Positions 25,901 through 27,999 of a DNA stretch of 27,999 bases are shown here, in pieces. The first letter of the stretch is position 1, and the number at the start of each line of letters is the position of its first letter. Source of the DNA: an uncultured Bacteroidales bacterium (GTDB lineage Bacteria; Bacteroidota; Bacteroidia; Bacteroidales; JBBRXJ01). Where the stretch lies: NCBI GenBank assembly GCA_964433245.1, contig CAYSRH010000001.1, positions 1 through 27,999 of the forward strand, read 5' to 3'. The notes under the pieces are model-generated. The model ran no database searches and was not told the origin of the DNA. It saw only the letters and a list, made by a program, of their open reading frames with translations. The position numbers were made by a program, and so were the translations under genes.

Positions 25901-27924
25901 GGTGAACCATCTTGTCCTATCAGATAAGATTTATATGCATAGCGTATTTTTTGAGATTGTGCAGTGTGATTTGATAATACCTGGAAAATAGTGTCTGTTG
26001 TTCTGTAATCCGACACATCTGAATAACCTGATAAATGAGCAGGATTGTCAGGAATGGCTTCTACATTATAATGAATGCCAATGGTTGGGGATATTTCTGT
26101 TCTTGCTATTAAAGATGTTGGTGCATTATTGCAGATTGTATCGTTTAAGATTGGGAATAAGAGAGCAGGGTCAGGTTCTATATGCAGTTCTGTATTGACA
26201 GGTGTTCCATAACATGTGGAATGAGAAAGTTCGATAAAAGGTGTTGCTGTGTATTGGATTTTTTGTGATCTTGGTGAAATATTGTACAAGCTGTCTGTAA
26301 AGACACTGTCGATAAAAATGTTTTGTGAAGGAGAAATGAAAGCAAAAGAATCGGGGTTCTCAGCTGTTCCGGAAATTTCAAGAAAAGCTTTCCCTGATTT
26401 ATGCGAAGAAACTTCAGAATAGCTGAGTGTGAAGGGAGAAAGGTTACAAAGGGTGTCAGCCAAAAGGTCGGGAGTTACAGTTATTGTAGGCTCAACCCAT
26501 ACATCAAAATAAATAGTTGGTCCGGTGCAAACATCTTCTACATCGGTATTATGGTAGTGGGGCGTGATTGCATAGACTACTTTCTCAGGATTGTTGCTGC
26601 TGTTTTGAAGTGTCTGGGATATGGTGAATGGTGCTGATACGGAGGCATGTCCGGTGTGACCTGTTACATTAACAGATGCGATTGTGTTGATAAGTAAATA
26701 AGTTTTTAGGGTTGAAGTGGTTTCCGGTGTGATGGTGAAAGAAATTTCGCTATTGTTACAGATGGTATCTATTGCTCTGTCTGTTATCACTTCGGGAACA
26801 GGATCAACCAAAACAAGAAGGTTCGTATCCAACACTTTACATCCATTGGGAGCATGCCCTTGAATATTATATTCGAATAAGATACCATGCGTTGTATCGT
26901 TTGATAATGTTTGACTACCTTCTCCGGAATTCACAAGGGATCCATTCAGGTCGCCATTTAATCCCGGATAACTCCCGACAGGTTCCCAGTTATATGATAC
27001 GGAACCAATGTTGGCCTGTAGCCAAAAAGTGTTGGTATGACCACTGCAAAGTGTATCATGGTATTGATCTGCCCAACTTGGAGTAGTTGCGTAAGAAAGT
27101 GTTACTATAGCAGAGGCACTGTCTGTTTTGCCATGAATATCTGTGACATACATCCAAACTTCATTGATCCCGATATGATTGCAATCAAAAGTGGCTTGAC
27201 TTAGTATAACAGTATCTATAGGACAGTTGTTTTGGATGCTTTCTGTCAGATCCAGCCCTGAAATGGTGATTTCACTATTGGGATCAGAAAGGGATCGGGA
27301 AATATCTTTTGTGTTAATAATTATTTTGTGTGTATCAAGGACGTGCACTTCACTTGTACATGTTGCCTGATTGCCTGTTGCATCTTCAATAGTTAAGATG
27401 ATATGATTGATACCAAGGTGATTACAATTGAAAGTGTATTGTGATAATGTCCTGAAGGTGACGTTGCAATTGTCAGAACTTTCGTTATTTATTTTGTCAG
27501 CTGAAATTGAGGCTTCCCCTGTATCGTCAAGATAAATATTTAAAGAAGAATGACACAGCGCAATAGGGTTCGTTGTATCTACAAATACTGTTGGCTTATT
27601 TTTCAATATGACGGTGAGGGTGTCTTCCCTTGTTGCTTTCAGATAGTAAATTGAGGAGGAAAGTGGAGCAACTTTAAAAGCAAGATCACCTCCTGTCCCT
27701 GTTTTTGAAGAGCTAACAGAATCATCTGTTGATTCAATGAATAATTGGTAAGAAACATCAGCTTCGGATAAGGATACAACAATCTCACCAGTATCAGCCG
27801 GACAAATTTCGGAATCTGATACCTGTAAGGTACTGTCAGGTAACTGACCGGATATCAGGAGCGCATTGCTCATAAATATTAAGACAGTTGCCAACAAATA
27901 AAACTTCCCGTTCGTTATTTTCAT
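22912..27924 (-). CDS. Large T9SS-secreted surface protein: HYR-like, PKD-like and SprB repeats plus a type-B ('gliding motility-associated') CTD
   Basis: Signal peptide ending SG-Q and C-terminal NAFSPNNDGYNDHW...VFDRHGRLVY...WNG...LPDGSYFYFL...TGTITLIR (type-B CTD). Confidence 0.92.
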   Translation of the reverse strand: MKITNGKFYLLATVLIFMSNALLISGQLPDSTLQVSDSEICPADTGEIVVSLSEADVSYQLFIESTDDSVSSSKTGTGGDLAFKVAPLSSSIYYLKATREDTLTVILKNKPTVFVDTTNPIALCHSSLNIYLDDTGEASISADKINNESSDNCNVTFRTLSQYTFNCNHLGINHIILTIEDATGNQATCTSEVHVLDTHKIIINTKDISRSLSDPNSEITISGLDLTESIQNNCPIDTVILSQATFDCNHIGINEVWMYVTDIHGKTDSASAIVTLSYATTPSWADQYHDTLCSGHTNTFWLQANIGSVSYNWEPVGSYPGLNGDLNGSLVNSGEGSQTLSNDTTHGILFEYNIQGHAPNGCKVLDTNLLVLVDPVPEVITDRAIDTICNNSEISFTITPETTSTLKTYLLINTIASVNVTGHTGHASVSAPFTISQTLQNSSNNPEKVVYAITPHYHNTDVEDVCTGPTIYFDVWVEPTITVTPDLLADTLCNLSPFTLSYSEVSSHKSGKAFLEISGTAENPDSFAFISPSQNIFIDSVFTDSLYNISPRSQKIQYTATPFIELSHSTCYGTPVNTELHIEPDPALLFPILNDTICNNAPTSLIARTEISPTIGIHYNVEAIPDNPAHLSGYSDVSDYRTTDTIFQVLSNHTAQSQKIRYAYKSYLIGQDGSPTCYSAISDTIRVWVEPSIQPVISPLTDTICSEGTTGLEISTSTALTQEALFRYSILPDNGLSVIQSDTSELASNTIITDMISNHSDSVKKVKYLITGYCQASNNENIYDGYTDTATIWIDPEVKVTPLLSFDTLCNEDQIRLFVQTSSNYSNEFRYDVTVNNTDPTIISGHEQVSSLGLSDTTSQQLINHRDTPQNLQYIITSYSILSNGSVCEGETDSISVTVDPYPEIDAIVSRDTLCHKESLLLSLTELSQTTGTLMYDLSVDTVSTDTSLLSGYYAENALNELSSSTQFLHNKSENIQWIQYRYHPYIEPVSGAGNCSYGTQFDKIVHIEVTAALQSDITPSVYNGGWNITCHNAFTGSSEAFVNGGAYGYPHFDDGNTEFVWSDGQSGNIIHGLQAGTYTVSITDFFGCTVSDTIILAQPSALTANTSITEIDCSGGSDGQIELHPGGGTPEYFYVWNGPSGFYAERKDIDNLIKGSYSVTITDENNCSFQLSGIAVNAPDPIQWGPTTSDYNGFAISCHGDNDGYITPDIYGSGPSYLFDYQWTGPDGFEAYEEDIYSLKAGLYSLSVTDTANCSNILEISLNEPDSLKITIQSHNISCVDDSAGSALAEASGGSGGYNYLWCDNTSNAKNTQLTIGTYFVTVTDNNNCSISDSALIGKPLPIDLKINVVSDFNGYDVSCKDSASGSVFVDLTDASDSVDFIWNDTLMHHPLRENMKAGVYELLVRDDRGCTASGSVSLNEPEKLKIKAEGISTYCYETNDGMVWASASGGVPGYTYHWDGYGHSEDSAIYNLSRGFYAVTVYDKNLCAKDTIVEVPCPEPITIELETAKSSCAQKPNGKLSLRAKGGTAPYALEVDYYTHIFDSTLYIDDLLAKKYKLTLIDSMECSYPLSFSIHTKKDHCLKIFNAFSPNNDGYNDHWIFKDLEHYPPAHLEVFDRHGRLVYFSNAYANDWNGRSKGGKPLPDGSYFYFLHVEGFDNPVTGTITLIR
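23190..24845 (-). repeat. Seven SprB-type repeats (approximate bounds)
   Basis: Each unit follows the pattern C....G.......GG..Y...W...L..G.Y...(V/I).D...C; units start at ITCH, IDCS, ISCH, ISCV, VSCK, TYCY and SSCA. Confidence 0.75.
24880..27060 (-). repeat. Seven ~100-110-aa PKD-like modules, each starting DT(I/L)C (approximate bounds)
   Basis: DTLCSG, DTICNN, DTLCNL, DTICNN, DTICSE, DTLCNE and DTLCHK recur, most ending in a (V/L)x(V/I)(D/E)P motif. Confidence 0.75.
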
Positions 27925-27999
27925 AAACGGTATTTTGTTATAATATTCTTCAAATTATTAACTGTAGAAGAATAAAATATTAAGATACAATAAAGATAC

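Noticed and set aside
22912-27924. Calling the large protein SprB or inferring gliding motility
   Set aside because: SprB-type repeats and type-B CTDs occur in many non-motile T9SS cargos. This protein is much shorter than SprB and no gld/spr genes are in the window.
1-27999. CRISPR array, tRNA/rRNA, transposase, integrase or defence genes
   Set aside because: No regularly spaced nucleotide repeats, cloverleaf or rRNA-like tracts, or DDE/tyrosine-recombinase motifs were seen, and the intergenic gaps are too short to hide them.

Overview
Bacteroidota window, probably a Bacteroidales/Marinilabiliales-like anaerobe. Evidence: TAnnTTTG -7 promoter boxes, Gln at +1 after several signal peptides, a T9SS type-B C-terminal domain and acidic residues after lipoprotein Cys. 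From left to right: (1) the end of a MacB/LolCDE-type ABC export operon (two FtsX-type permeases, an ATPase and a probable outer-membrane beta-barrel); (2) a hemerythrin/RIC-like protein overlapping a LuxR-HTH regulator with a degenerate receiver domain; (3) a tightly packed six-gene minus-strand operon, 5368-11321: GntR/sugar-binding regulator, URO-D/MtaA-superfamily enzyme, corrinoid protein, MtaA-like enzyme fused to a CxxC thioredoxin domain, COG0523/CobW-type GTPase and a stand-alone methionine-synthase reactivation domain; (4) a FISUMP lipoprotein, a small lipoprotein and a beta-barrel, divergent from two paralogous membrane-anchored AraC regulators; (5) DUF2807, S41 protease, LplT-like MFS, rpoN and a Zn-ribbon protein; (6) a 1670-aa T9SS-secreted repeat protein. 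The best candidate for an undescribed system is the operon in (3). It looks like a self-contained cobalamin-dependent methyl-transfer module under a sugar-sensing regulator, with no pterin-binding acceptor, no MtaB/MttB-type donor enzyme and no ATP-dependent corrinoid activase in the window. All family assignments come from motif recognition by eye; no database searches were run. No rRNA, tRNA, CRISPR array or transposase was seen.
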